64,000 bases of DNA from the NCBI GenBank assembly GCA_038087875.1, contig CM075995.1:5582001-5646000 (forward strand), in the 5' to 3' direction. The position numbers were made by a program, and so were the translations under genes. Position 1 is the first letter of the stretch, and each line of letters opens with the position of its first letter. The DNA comes from Malacoraja senta (lineage: Eukaryota). Positions 50,807 through 63,530 of this stretch are shown piece by piece. Below the pieces are notes generated by a model. That model did no database searches, was not told the origin of the DNA, and saw only the letters and a list, made by a program, of their open reading frames with translations.

Positions 50807-51211
50807 CAACATCATCATTGTTGAAAACATTAGTGACGCAGTGGGGAACGGTGACGAACGCACCACACAGCTCTGTCCTCCAGTTCCTGCGGACTTCCGC
50901 CACTGGATGTATAGGATTTTGGTGTGTGTGCGCTTTATCATCGTTCCTTACAATGCTATGTACGACTGTGATCGCAACTTCTACTGAAGTGTGGATAGTC
51001 GTTGGCTCGCTAGAAGCTCATCCGCCCTTTGACAGGTCTTGTTTTTGGTCCTGCTGGGGGTCCACAGCCCCCTCCTTACCTGGCAAACCAGGTGGGGGAG
51101 ACGGTTTAGTCGCCGACTATCCGACCATGGAGCAGGTAGCACGGGATTACATGGTAGCACGGGATTACATGGTACCTGTGGCGGGGGGAACCCCCCCTGA
51201 CCTGACCTGGC
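50807..51211 (-). mobile_element. Non-autonomous retroelement, possibly RTE-derived
   Basis: 7-bp TSD aaggaat at 50800-50806 and 51212-51218. (gat)n-like 3' tail; internal 18-bp tandem duplication gtagcacgggattacatg. Confidence 0.55.
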
Positions 51212-51493
51212 AAGGAATGGTGCAAACAAAGAACAGATTATTGCCACAACCAGAGAGCAACCTGAACTATTCACATACAACTCCAACCAGACTTTTATCT
51301 GAAAACGTTTGAAAAAGGGTCCTGACCCAAAACATCCAGAGATGCTTCCTGTTCATCTGAGTTACTCCAGCATTTTGTGACTATCCAGGCTATTATCACC
51401 CAGTAGTGCCAAAAGTGGCCCCTGAATGTGTGTACCGAAAACGGGAAAGAATATTTAAATACAAAGGGCTCTCATCTTGTATTGAAAAACATA

Positions 51494-51835
51494 TCAAATC
51501 ATTGAGGGATTGGTGCAGGAAACATGTTCCCGATATTGGTGGAGTCCAGAACCAGGAGCCACAGTTAAGAACAAGTAGTAGGCATTTAGAACTGAGATGA
51601 GGAAAAACTTATTCGCACAGAGAGTTTGTGGAATTCTCTGCCTCCGAAGGCTTCCCGAGGCCGATTCACTGGATGCATTCAAAAGGGAGTTAAATAGAGC
51701 TCTTAGTGCTAGTGGAATGAAGGGATATGGGGAGAAGGCAGGAACGGGATACTGATTGTGGATGATCAGCCATGATCACATTGAAAGGGCCAAAGGGCCA
51801 AATGGCCTACTCCTACACATGTCTGTGTATCTATG
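51494..51835 (+). mobile_element. CR1 3' fragment
   Basis: atgttcccgatattggtggagtccagaacc...aatggcctactcctac tail. Confidence 0.8.
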
Positions 51836-51876
51836 AAAACACGGAAAAAGTCCTTAAGTCTTTTGATGTCCCACAG

Positions 51877-52100
51877 CTTAGTTTAGTTTAAAGATACAGC
51901 GTGAAAACCGGCCCTTTGTCCCACCGACAATTAACTTACAAATCTGTATATCTTTGGAGTGTGGGAGTAAACCGGAGCACCCGGAGAAAACCCACGCAGG
52001 TCACGGGAGAACGTACAAACTCCGTACAGACAGTCAGGATCAAAACCGGGTCTCGGCCTCTGCAAGGCAGTGACTCTACCGCTACACTACCGTGCCGCCC
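51877..52100 (-). mobile_element. HE1-like V-SINE, internally deleted
   Basis: (tttag)n tail, V-domain, head accgtgccgccc. Confidence 0.85.
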
Positions 52101-52233
52101 CTTTGAGATAAGACTGAGGTCTTAACTTGCTCAGTCTGTATACATAGATACATAAAAAATAGGTGCAGGAGTAGGCCATTCGGCCCTTCGAGCCTGCACC
52201 GCCATTCAATATGATCATGGCTGATCATCCAAC

Positions 52234-55168
52234 TCAGTATCCCGTACCTGCCTTCTCTCCATACCCCCTGATCCCTTTAGCCACAAGGGCCACATCTAAC
52301 TCCATCTTAAATATAGCCAATGAACTGGCCTCAACTACCCTCTGTGGCAGAGAGTTCCAGTGATTCACCACTCTCTGTGAGAAAAAGTTTTTTCTCATCT
52401 CGGTCTTAAAGGATTTCCCCCTTATCCTTAAGCTGTGACCCCTTGTCCTGGACTTCCCCAACATCGGGAACAATCTTCCTGCATCTAGCCTGTCCAACCC
52501 CATAAGAATTTTGTAAGTTTCTATAAGATCCCCTCTCAATCTCCTAAATTCTAGCGAGTATAAGCCGAGTCTATCCAGTCTTTCTTCATATGAAAGTCCT
52601 GACATCCCAGGAATCAGTCTGGTGAACCTTCTCTGCACCCCCTCTATGGCTATAATGTCCTTCCTCAGATTTGGAGACCAAAACTGTACGCAATACTCCA
52701 GGTGTGGTCTAACCAAGACCCTGTACAACTGCAGTAGAACCTCCCTACTCCTATACTCAAATCCTTTTGCTATGAAAGCTAACATACCATTCGCTTTCTT
52801 CACTGCCTGCTGCACCTGCATGCCTACTTTCAATGACTGGTGTACCATGACACCCAAGTCTCGCTGCATCTCCCCTTTTCCTAATCGGCCACCATTAAGA
52901 TAATAGTCTGCTTTCCTGTTTTTGCCACCAAAGTGGATAACCTCACATTTATCCACATTATACTGCATCTGCCAAACATTTGCCCACTCACCCAGCCTAT
53001 CCAAGTCACCTTGCAGTCTCCTAGCATCCTCCTCACAGCTAACACTGCCCCCCAGCTTAGTGTCATCCGCAAACTTGGAGATGTTGCCTTCAATTCCCTC
53101 ATCCAGTTCATTAATATAAATTGTAAAAAGCTGGGGTCCCAGCACTGAGCCTTGCGGTACCCCACTAGTCACTGCCTGCCATTGTGAAAAGGACCCGTTT
53201 ACTCCTACTGTTTGCTTCCTGTTTGCCAGCCAGTTCTCTATCCACATCAATACTGAACCTCCAATACCGTGTGCTTTAAGTTTGTATATTAATCTCTTAT
53301 GTGGGACCTTGTCGAAAGCCTTCTGAAAGTCCAGATACAACACATCCACTGGTTCTCCCCTATCCACTCTACTAGTTACATCCTCGAAAAATTCTATAAG
53401 ATTCGTCAGACATGATTTACCTTTCGTAAATCCATGCTGACTTTGTCCAATGATTTCACCACTTTCCAAATGTGCTGTTATCCCATCTTTAATAACTGAC
53501 TCTAGCAGTTTCCCCACTACCGATGTTAGACTAACTGGTCTGTAATTCCCCGTTTTCTCTCTCCCTCCCTTCTTAAAAAGTGGGGTTACGTTTGCTACCC
53601 TCCAATCCTCAGGAACTACTCCAGAATCTAAAGAGTTTTGAAAAATTATCACTAATGCATCCACTATTTCTGGAGCTACTTCCTTAAGTACTCTGGGATG
53701 CAGCCTATCTGGCCCTGGTGATTTATCGGCCTTTAATCCATTCAATTTACCCAACACCACTTCCCGACTAACCTGGATTTTACTCAGTTCCTTCATCTCC
53801 TTTGACCCGCGGTCCCCTGCTATATCCGGCAGATTATTGATGTCTTCCTTAATGAAGACGGAACCAAAGTAGTTATTCAATTGGTCTGCCATGTCCTTGT
53901 TCCCCATGATCAATTCGCCTGTTTCTGACTGCAAGGGACCTACATTTGTTTTAACTAATCTTTTCCTCTTCACATATCTATAAAAACTTTTGGAGTCAGT
54001 TTTTATGTTCCCTGCCAGTTTTCTTTCATAATCTATTTTCCCTTTCCTAATTAAGCCCTTTGTCCTCCTCTGCTGGTCTCTGAATTTCTCCCAGTCCTCT
54101 GGTATGCTGCTTTTTCTGGCTAATTTGTATGCATCATCTTTTGCTTTGATACTATCCCTGATTTCCCTTGTTATCCACGGATGCACTACCTTCCCTGATT
54201 TATTCTTTTGCCAAACTGAGATGAACAATTTTTGTAGTTCATCCATGCAGTCTTTAAATGCCTTCCATTGCATATCCACCGTCAACCCTTTTAGAACTAA
54301 TTGCCAGTCAATCTTGGCCAATTCACGTCTCATACCCTCAAAGTTACCTTTCTTTAAGTTCAGAACCATTGTTTCTGAATTAACAATGTCACTCTCCATC
54401 CTAATGAAGAACTCAACCATATTATGGTCACTCTTGCCCAAGGGGGCACGCACAACAAGACTGCTAACTAACCCTTCCTCATTACTCAATACCCAGTCTA
54501 GAATAGCCTGCTCTCTCGTTGGTTCCTCTACATGTTGGTTTAGATAACTATCCCGCATACATTCCAAGAAATCCTCTTCCCCAGCACCCCTGCCAATTTG
54601 ATTCACCCAATCTATATGTAGATTGAAGTCACCCATTATAACTGTTTTGCCTTTGTTGCACGCATTTCAAATTTCCTGTTTGATGCCATCCCCAACCACT
54701 ACTACTGTTAGGTGGCCTGTACACAACACCCACCAGCGTTTTCTGCCCCTTAGTGTTTCGCAGCTCTACCCATACCGATTCCACATCCTCCAAGCTAATG
54801 TCCTTCCTTTCCACTGCGTTAATCTCCTCTCTAACCATCAACGCTACCCCACCTCCTTTTCCTTTCTCTCTATCCCTCCTGAATATTGAATATTCCTGGA
54901 TGTTCAGCTCCCAGCCTTGGTCACCCTGGAGCCATGTCTCCGTGATCCCAACTATATCATAATCATTAATAGCTATCTGCACGTTCAACTCATCCACCTT
55001 ATTACGAATGCTCCTTGCATTGAGACACAAAGCCTTCAGGCTTGTTTTTACAACGCTCTTACCCCTTTTACAATTATGTTGAAAAGTGGCCCTTTTTGAT
55101 TTTTGCCCTGGATTTGTCTGCCTGCCACTTTTACTTTTCACCTTGCTACCTATTGCTTCCGCCCGCAT
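52234..55168 (-). pseudogene. CR1 ORF2 (APE endonuclease and RT), one frameshift near 54697
   Basis: ORFs 54629..55531 and 52234..54636 (800 aa open). ccccaaccact here versus ccccaactccact at 59902 in the sister copy indicates a 2-bp deletion. Confidence 0.92.
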
Positions 55169-55347
55169 TTTACACCCCTCTGTTTCTCTGCTCACCCATT
55201 TAAGAACCCCACCACCTCTTATTCTCTGTTTATTATTGTTTTCTTCTTTCCCCCCTACATGTTGGGTCTGAGTGCTTTCCTTCTCTGCCTCCTGCCTCAC
55301 ACACTGTCTAATAGCTTTCTCTATTTGAGTCCCTCCACCCAACCGTT

Positions 55348-56283
55348 CTAGTTTAAAGTCTCCCCAGTAGCCTTTGCAAATCTCCCCACCAGGATATTGG
55401 TCCCCCTCAGGTTCAAGTGCAACCCGTCCTTTTTGTACAGGTCGCACCTTCCACAAAAGAGGTCCCAATGGTCCAGAAATTTGAATCGCTGCCCTCTGCA
55501 CCAATCCTTCAGCCACGCATTTATCCTCCACCTCGCTCCATTCCTACTCTCACTGTCGCGTGGCACAGGCAGTAATCCCGAGATTGTTACCTTTGCTGTC
55601 CTTCTCCTTAACTCCCCTCCTAACTCCCTAAATTCTCCTTTCAGGACCTCTTCCCTTTTTTTACCTATGTCATTGGTATCTATATGTACCACGACCTCGG
55701 GCTCCTCTCCCTCCCCTTTCAGGACATCTTGGACACGTTGAGACACATCACAGACCCTGGCACCAGGGAGGCAAACTACCATCCGGGTCTCCCGACTGCG
55801 TCCACAGAATCGCCTGTCTGACCCCCTAACTATAGAGTCCCCTGTTACTAATGCCCTCCTCTTCTTTTCCTTACCCTTCTGAGCAACAGGACCGGTCTCT
55901 GTACCGGAGGCTCGGCTGCTGTCGCTACCCCCAGGTAGGCTGTCCCCCCCAATAGTACTCAAACAGGAGTACTTATTGTCAAGGTGTACAGCCACCGGGG
56001 TACTCTCTAGTCCCTGCCTGTGCCCCTTGCCTCTCCCAACCGTGACCCACTTGCCTGTCTCCTGTGGTCTTGGAGTGACCACCTCCCTGTAACTCCTCTC
56101 AATGACTTCCTCGCTCTCCCTGACCAGACGGAGGTCATCGAGCTGCTGCTCCAGGTTCCTAATACGGTACCTTAGGAGCCCCATCTCAATGCACCTGGCG
56201 CAGATGTGGACGTCTGTAAGGCTGTCAGATTCCTTGATCTCCCACATCTGACATCCAGAACAACAAACTGCCCTGGCACTCAT
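55348..56283 (-). CDS. CR1 ORF1p: Cys zinc finger, leucine zipper and SGNH esterase
   Basis: MSARAVCCSGC...CARC, LEQQLDDL, VTGDSIVR, HIDTNDI, DGLHLN; open from ATG to stop. Confidence 0.88.
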   Translation of the reverse strand: MSARAVCCSGCQMWEIKESDSLTDVHICARCIEMGLLRYRIRNLEQQLDDLRLVRESEEVIERSYREVVTPRPQETGKWVTVGRGKGHRQGLESTPVAVHLDNKYSCLSTIGGDSLPGGSDSSRASGTETGPVAQKGKEKKRRALVTGDSIVRGSDRRFCGRSRETRMVVCLPGARVCDVSQRVQDVLKGEGEEPEVVVHIDTNDIGKKREEVLKGEFRELGGELRRRTAKVTISGLLPVPRDSESRNGARWRINAWLKDWCRGQRFKFLDHWDLFCGRCDLYKKDGLHLNLRGTNILVGRFAKATGETLN

Positions 56284-57197
56284 ACTCCCCTTACCTAGGA
56301 TACAATACAAAACTGCTACAATACAATCAGCAGGGATCTGACTCCGAATCAGCTGCTCCCTCTTGTCTGCTTCCACCAATCAGCGGCTTCCTTAAGCCCA
56401 CTTGTTTTTGAAGTGCGAGTGGAACTTGGAACGTTACAGATTTCTGTATAGTCTGTATACTTGCTCTAACTCGGTAATACACTATTGCATCATTCTCTGC
56501 AACTGAACAAACATTAAACTGCATCAATTATATGCATTCCTGACATCAAATTTGTGCATATTTTGACAGACTGTCATCTAATTATTTTATCCAAGTTCCA
56601 AATGAGACAGATATGTAACTGGGTACCATAATTGACTGCCTGTCTTTCAGACTTGGTTTCAGCTGAGCTGGAAATATCAGTTTTCCCACACGTAAAGGAT
56701 CCAATTGTTCCCACCCTCCCCCATGCTCCACATCACCACCCACTCCCAAGGGAAGTGAAGACACCACAGTTATCATTGGAGCTCACCTCGATTCACAGGG
56801 TTACAGCACTTGACAAGTCCCAGAGTTGATTGATGTCCTCAAAGCCAATGCAGTATTTCATTTTGAAGCCACACTCTTCAACCACCCCCTCCCTCCCTGC
56901 GTTCCACATGAATTGTATACAATGTAGAACCACTCCAGGCACTGCAATTTATGCTCTAATCAACCACATCAGCTCTTAAAAATAGGCATCAGAATATCCA
57001 CTATATATTCAAATCACCAATGAAGACATATTGCAGGTCAGGACAGCACAGCTAACAAATATTCTATTTGCATCTGTGCAAAGCAGCAGCAACAAATAAT
57101 GTGAAGTGATCTCCTGGCAACACGTTCACAACTCAAAGCCCCATTTTGATTGAATTTCCAGGTTCAGGATATTCTATCACAGCTTTGGTTAAGCCTC

Positions 57198-57294
57198 TGA
57201 GTTCTTCATTGGGATGGAGAGTGACATTGTTAATTCAGAAACAATGGTTCTGAACTTAAAGAAAGGTAACTTTGAGGGTATGAGACGTGAATTG
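57198..57294 (+). mobile_element. Isolated internal CR1 family A fragment
   Basis: Near-exact reverse complement of about 54320-54415. Confidence 0.8.
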
Positions 57295-57383
57295 ACCATA
57301 CTGCACTGACTGGGGGTGATTGTGCTCATGCACGGGGATAGTGTGCAAAAAAATATAATTCATTGTATCTGGTACACGTGACA

Positions 57384-60300
57384 TAGAACCATAGAAAATA
57401 GGTGGAGTAGACCATTCGGCCCTTCGAGCCTGCACCGCCATTCGATATGATCATGGCTGATCATCCAACTCAGTATCCCATCCCTGCCTTCTCTCCATAC
57501 CCCCTGATCCCTTTAGCCACAAGGGCCACATCTAACTCCCTCTTAAATATAGCGAATGAACTGGCCTCAACTACCTTCTGTGGCAGAGAATTCCACAGAT
57601 TCACCACTGTGTAAAAAATGATTTTCCCATCTCGGTCCTAAAAGACTTCCCTCTTATCCTTAAACTGTGACCCCTTGTTCTGGACTTCCCCAACATTGGG
57701 AACAATCTTCCTGCATCTAGCCTGTCCAACCCCTTAAGAATTTTGTACGTTTCTATAAGATCCCCCTCAATCTTCTAAATTCTAGCGTGTACAAGCCGAG
57801 TCTATCCAGTCTTTCTTCATATGAAAGTCCTGCCATCCCAGGAATCAGTCTGGTGAACCTTCTCTGTACTCCCTCTATGGCAAGATTGTCTTTCCTCAGA
57901 TTAGGAGACCAAAACTGTACGCAATACTCCAGGTGTGGTCTCACCAAGACCCTGTACAACTGCAGTAGAACCTCCCTGCTCTTATACTCAAATCCTTTTG
58001 CTATGAATGCTAACATACCATTTGCTTTCTTCACTGCCTGCTGCACCTGCATGCCTACTTTCAATGACTGGTTTACCATGACACCCAGGTCTCGTTGCAT
58101 CTCCCCTTTTCCTAATCGGCCACCATTCAGATAATAGTCTACTTTCCTGTTTTTGCCACCAAAGTGGATAACCTCACATTTATCCACATTATACTGCATC
58201 TGCCATACATTTGCCCACTCACCCAAACTATCCAAGTCACCTTGCAGCCTCCTAGCATCCTCCTCACAGCTAACACTGCCCCCCAGCTTCGTGTCATCCG
58301 CAAACTTGGAGATGTTGCATTCAATTCCCTCATCCAGTTCATTAATATATATTGTAAATAGCTGGGGTCCCAGCACTGAACCTTGCGGTACCCCACTAGT
58401 CACTGCCTGCCATTGTGAAAAGGACCCGTTTACTCCTACTCTTTGCTTCCTGTCTGCCAGCCAGTTCCCTATCCACATCAATACTGAACCCCCAATACCG
58501 TGTGCTTTAAGTTTGCATACTAATCTCTTATGTGGGACCTTGTCGAAAGCCTTCTGAAAGTCCAGATATAACACATCCACTGGTTCTCCCTTATCCACTC
58601 TACTAGTTACATCCTCGAAAACTTCTATAAGATTCGTCAGACATGATTTACCTTTCATAAATCCATGCTGACTTTGTCCAATGAATTCACCACTTTCCAA
58701 ATGTGCTGCTATCCCATCTTTAATAACTGACTCCAGAATTTTCCCCACCACCGATGTTATATTAACTGGTCTATAATTCCCCGTTTTCTCTCTCCCTCCC
58801 TTTTTAAAAAGTGGGGTTACATTAGCTACCCTCCAGTCCTCAGGAACTACTCCAGAATCTAAAGAGTTTTGAAAAATTATCACTAATGCATCCACTATTT
58901 CTGCGGCTACTTCCTTAAGTACTCTGGGATGCAACTTATCTGGCCCTGGGGATTTATCAGCCTTTAATCCATTCAATTTACCTAACACCACTTCCCGGCT
59001 AACCTGGATTTCACTCAGTTCCTCCACCTTGCTATTTCCGGCAGATTATTTATGTCTTCCTTAGTGAAGACAGAACCAAAGTAGTTATTCAATTGGTCTG
59101 CCATGTCCTTGTTCCCCATGATCAATTCGCCTGTTTCTGACTGCAAGGGACCTACATTTGTTTTAACTAATCTTTTCCTCTTCACATATCTATAAAAACT
59201 TTTGGAGTCAGTTTTTATGTTCCCTGCCAGTTTTCTTTCATAATCTATTTTCCCTTTCCTAATTAAGCCTTTTGTCCTCCTCTGCCGGACTCTGAATTTC
59301 TCCCAGTCCTCTGGCAGGCTGCTTTTTCTGGCTAATGTGTACTCTTCATCTTTTGTTTTGATACTATCCCTGATTTCCCTTGTTATCCACGGATGCACTA
59401 CCTTCCCCGATTTATTCTTTTGCCAAACTGGGATGAACAATTATTGTAGTTCATCCATGCAGTTTTTAAATGCCTTCCATTGCATATCCACCGTCAACCC
59501 TTTAAGAATCATTTGCCAGTCTATCTTGGCCAATTCACGTCTCATACCCTCAAAGTCACCTTTCTTTAAGTTCAGGACCCTTGTTTCTGAATTAACAATG
59601 TCACTCTCCATCCTAATGCAGAACTCAACCATATTATGGTCACTCTTGCCCAAGGGGCCACGCACAACAAGACTGCTAACTAACCCTTCCTCATTACTCA
59701 ATACCCAGTCTAGAATAGCCTGCTCTCTCGTTGGTTCCTCTACATGTTGGTTTAGAAAACTATCCCGCATACATTCCAAGAAATCCTCTTCCTCAGCACC
59801 CCTGCCAATTTGATTCACCCAATCTATATGTAGATTGAAGTCACCCATTATAATTGTTTTACCTTTGTTGCACGCATTTCTAATTTCCTGTTTGATGCCA
59901 TCCCCAACTCCACTACTACTGTTAGGTGGCCTGTACACAACTCCCACTAGCGTTTTCTGCCCCTTAGTGTTTCGCAGCTCTACCCATATCGATGCCACAT
60001 CCTCCAAGCTAACGTCCTTCCTTTCTATTGCGTTAATCTCCTCTCTAACCAGAAACGTTACCCCGCCTCCTTATCCTTTCTGTCTATCCCTCCTGAATAT
60101 TGAATATCCCTGGATGTTCAGCTCCCATCCTTGGTCACCCTGGAGCCATGTCTCCCTGATCCCAACTATATCATATTCATTAATAACTATCTGCACATTC
60201 AACTCATCCACCTTATTACGAATGCTCCTTGCATTAAGATACAAAGCCTTCAGGCTTGTTTTTACAACACTCTTACCCTTTATACAATTATGTTGAAAAG

Positions 60301-61094
60301 TGGCCCTTTTTGATTTTTGCCCTGGATTTGTCTGCCTGCCACTTTTACTTTTCACCTTGCTACCTATTGCTTCTACCCTCATTTTACACCCCTCTGCCTC
60401 TCTGCTCTTGCACCCATCCCCCTGCCACATTAGTTTAAATCCTCCCCGACAACACTAGCAAACACTCCCCCAAGGACATTGGTTCCATTCCAGCCCAGGT
60501 GCAGACCGTCCTGTTTGTACTGGTCCCACCTCCCCCAGAACTGGTTCCAATGCCCTAGAAATTTGAATCCCTCCCCCTTGCACCATTTTTCAAGCCACGT
60601 ATTCATCTGCAATATCCTTCTATTTCTACTCTGACTAGCCCGTGGTACTGGTAGTAATCCAGAGATTATTACCTTTCCTACTTTTAAGTTTATCTCCTAG
60701 CTCCCTAAATGCACCTTGTAGGACCTCATCCCTTTTTTTACCTATATCGTTGGTGTCAATATGCACCACGACAACTGGCTGTTCACCCTCCCCCTCCAGA
60801 ATGTTCTGCAGCCGTTCAGTGACATCCCTGACCCTTGCACCAGAGAGGCAACATACCATCCTGGAGTCTCGTTTGCGGCCGCAGAAACGCCTATCTATTC
60901 CCCTTATAATGGGATCCCCTATTACTATTGCCCTTCCACTCTTTTTTCTCCCCTCCTGTGCCGCAGAGCCACCCATGGTGCCATGAACGTGGCTGCTGCT
61001 GCCTTCCCCTGATGAGCCATCTCCCCCAACAGTATCCAAAATGGTATACCTGTTTAGGAGGGAGATGACCGCAGGGGACTCCTGCACTACCTGC
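57384..61094 (-). mobile_element. CR1 LINE, 5'-truncated in ORF1; family A ORF2 with a divergent ORF1
   Basis: 7-bp TSD cgtgaca at 57377-57383 and 61095-61101. ORFs 57753..59027, 59015..59440, 59441..60007, 60071..60430, 60430..60612 and 60635..61114. Confidence 0.95.
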
Positions 61095-61169
61095 CGTGAC
61101 AATAAGGAAACCATTGGATCAACGAAATCAGTTTAACTAGGCATCGTGTTCTGCAAAACATCGTGGGGC

Positions 61170-61525
61170 ATAGAGTGACACAGGATGGAAACAGGCCCTT
61201 TGGCCCAACTTGCCCACACTGGCCAACATGTCCCAGCTACACTAGTCCCACATGCCTGCGCTTGGTCCATATCCCTCCAAACCTGTCCTATCCATGTACC
61301 TGTCTAACTGTTTCTTAAATGTTGGGATAGTCCCAGCCTCAATTACCTCCTTTGGCAGCTTGTTTCATACACCCACCACCCTTTGTGTGAAAAAGGTACC
61401 CCTCAGATTCCTATTAAATCTTTTCCCCTTCATCTTGAACCTACGTCCTCTGGTCCTCGATTCCCCTACTCTGGGCATGAGACTCTGTGCATCTACCCGA
61501 TCTATTCCTCTCATGATTTTATACA
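61170..61525 (-). mobile_element. CR1 3' fragment (same subfamily as 3356-3692)
   Basis: catagagtgacacaggatggaaacaggccctttggccc tail and ORF2 end. Confidence 0.82.
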
Positions 61526-62349
61526 GGGTATCTCCCTGTGGCGTACTGTTCCATGTTCTTTTAGCAAACTAGTGCAGACAGAGGTATCTGAAATGTCCCG
61601 TGCCTGCCTCTTTTCCAGCTTTCTCCTCCCCACTACAATCAATCTGAAGAAGGGTCCTGACCCGAATCATCACCGATCCATGCACAGTTTCAATGGACAC
61701 TGGCCTGGACCATTCTATGATCTAAAACGTGAAAAGTAAACGTGCATATTTTTAAAAAATATGACCCTTTGATTTTCTTCAGCTTTGTTTGCAGCAGCAT
61801 CATGGTGCATTTTCTATATTTTATGGAAACCCCAGGATAGTCCAGCAGCGTTATTGCCGACTGACTTGTGTTCACTGGCATTACACAGAAACTCAATGAC
61901 AATTTTCAGAACCCACTATGAACAATACCAAACATTTTTCCTTGAATTATTTGCAGTCTAGAGGCTAGTATACACCTTGATCCCTGCTTTACTTGCTTTT
62001 GCCTGAATAAATAAAATATATTATGCCCTTTTCCTTTTGCCAAAGCTACGCATCAAATTTATAGAGCTGGAAGAAAGCTCCACTCATCCACGATAATCAC
62101 TCGAGAGAATTATTTTGCTGCTGGCAACATTTTACTTTCAGTTTCATCGCCTCCCTATTTGAAATGGAGGAGACAGGAATCTCTTCTGGGACTAACTCCA
62201 CACTATTCTGATAAATGGAATATAATATGCCAATGTTACTCATTTGCAAAGAAGAAACACAACAAGAGAGCAGTCCTGATCTACTATTTACCTCTCGGAC
62301 TATTTTTGATCAGACTTTACTGGCTTTATCTTGCACTAAACGTTATTTG

Positions 62350-62509
62350 GCTTAGTTTAGGTTAGTTTAGAGATACAGCGTGGAAACAGGCCCTTAGACC
62401 CAAGGAGTCTGCACCGACCAGCGATCCCCGCATACAAACACTATGCTACACACACTAGGGACAATTTACAATTATACCAAGCCAATTAACCTACAAACCT
62501 GTACGTCTT
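62350..62509 (-). mobile_element. HE1-like SINE 3' half
   Basis: tttagagatacagcgtggaaacaggccct...aacctacaaacctgtacgtcttt. Confidence 0.85.
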
Positions 62510-63530
62510 TTCAGAATGACAGGCAGTGACTACTGGTCACTTTCAGAATGGCAGGCAGTGAGTAGTGGGGTACCGCAAGGCTCGGTGCTGGGACCGCAGC
62601 TATTTACAATATACATTAATGATTAAGATGAAGGGATTAAGAGTAACATTAGCAAATTTGCAGATGACACAAAGCTGGGTGGCAGTGTGAACTGTGAGGA
62701 GGATGCTATAAGGATGCAGTGTGACTTGGACAGGTTGGGTGAGTGGGCAGATGCATGGCAGATGCAGTTTAATGTGGATAAATGTGAGGTTATCCATTTT
62801 GGTGGAAAGAACAGGAAGGCAGATTATTCTCTGAATGGTGTCATGTTAGGAAAAGGGGTAGTACAACGTGATCTGGGTGTCCTTGTTCATCAGTCAATGA
62901 AAGTAAGCATGCAGGTACAGCAGGCAGTGAAGAAACCTAATGGCATGTTGGCCTTCATAACAAGAGGAGTTGAGTATAGGAGCAAAGAGGTCCTTCTATA
63001 GATGTACAGGGCCCTAGTGAGATCACATCTGGAGTATTGTGTGCAGTTTTGGTCTCCAAATTTGAGGAAGGACATTCTTGCTATTGAGGGTAGGTTCACG
63101 AGGTTAATTCCCGGGATGGCTGTTCTGTCATATGTCAGGATGAGTGGGGATCTTATTGAAACATATAAGATTATTAAGGGGTTGGACACGCCAGAGGCAG
63201 GAAATATGTTCCCGATGTTGGGGGAGTCCAGAACCAGTGGCCACAGTTTAAGAATAAGGGATAGGCCATTTAGAAGGGAGATGAGGAAAAACGTTTTCAC
63301 CCAGAGAGTTGTGAATCTGTGGAATTCTCTGCCTCAGTGAAGACAGTGGAGGCCAATTCTCTGGATGCTTTCAAGAGAGAGTTAGACAGAGCTCTTAAGG
63401 ATAGGGAGTCAAGGGATATGGGGAGAAGACAGAAACGGGGTACTGATTGTGGATGACCAGCCATGATCACAGTGAATTGGGTGCTGGCTCGAAGGGCCGA
63501 ATGGCCTACTCCTGCACCTATTGTCTATTG
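62510..63530 (+). mobile_element. CR1 LINE RT C-terminal half and tail
   Basis: SGVPQGSVLGP, KFADDTKLGG, ORFs 62687..63001 and 63002..63340; tail aatggcctactcctgcacctattgtctattg. Confidence 0.93.

Larger units (their letters stand above)
52144..56449 (-). mobile_element. Near-full-length CR1 LINE (family A)
   Basis: 11-bp TSD agtctgtatac at 52133-52143 and 56450-56460. Contains ORF1, ORF2 and the 3' tail. Confidence 0.96.
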
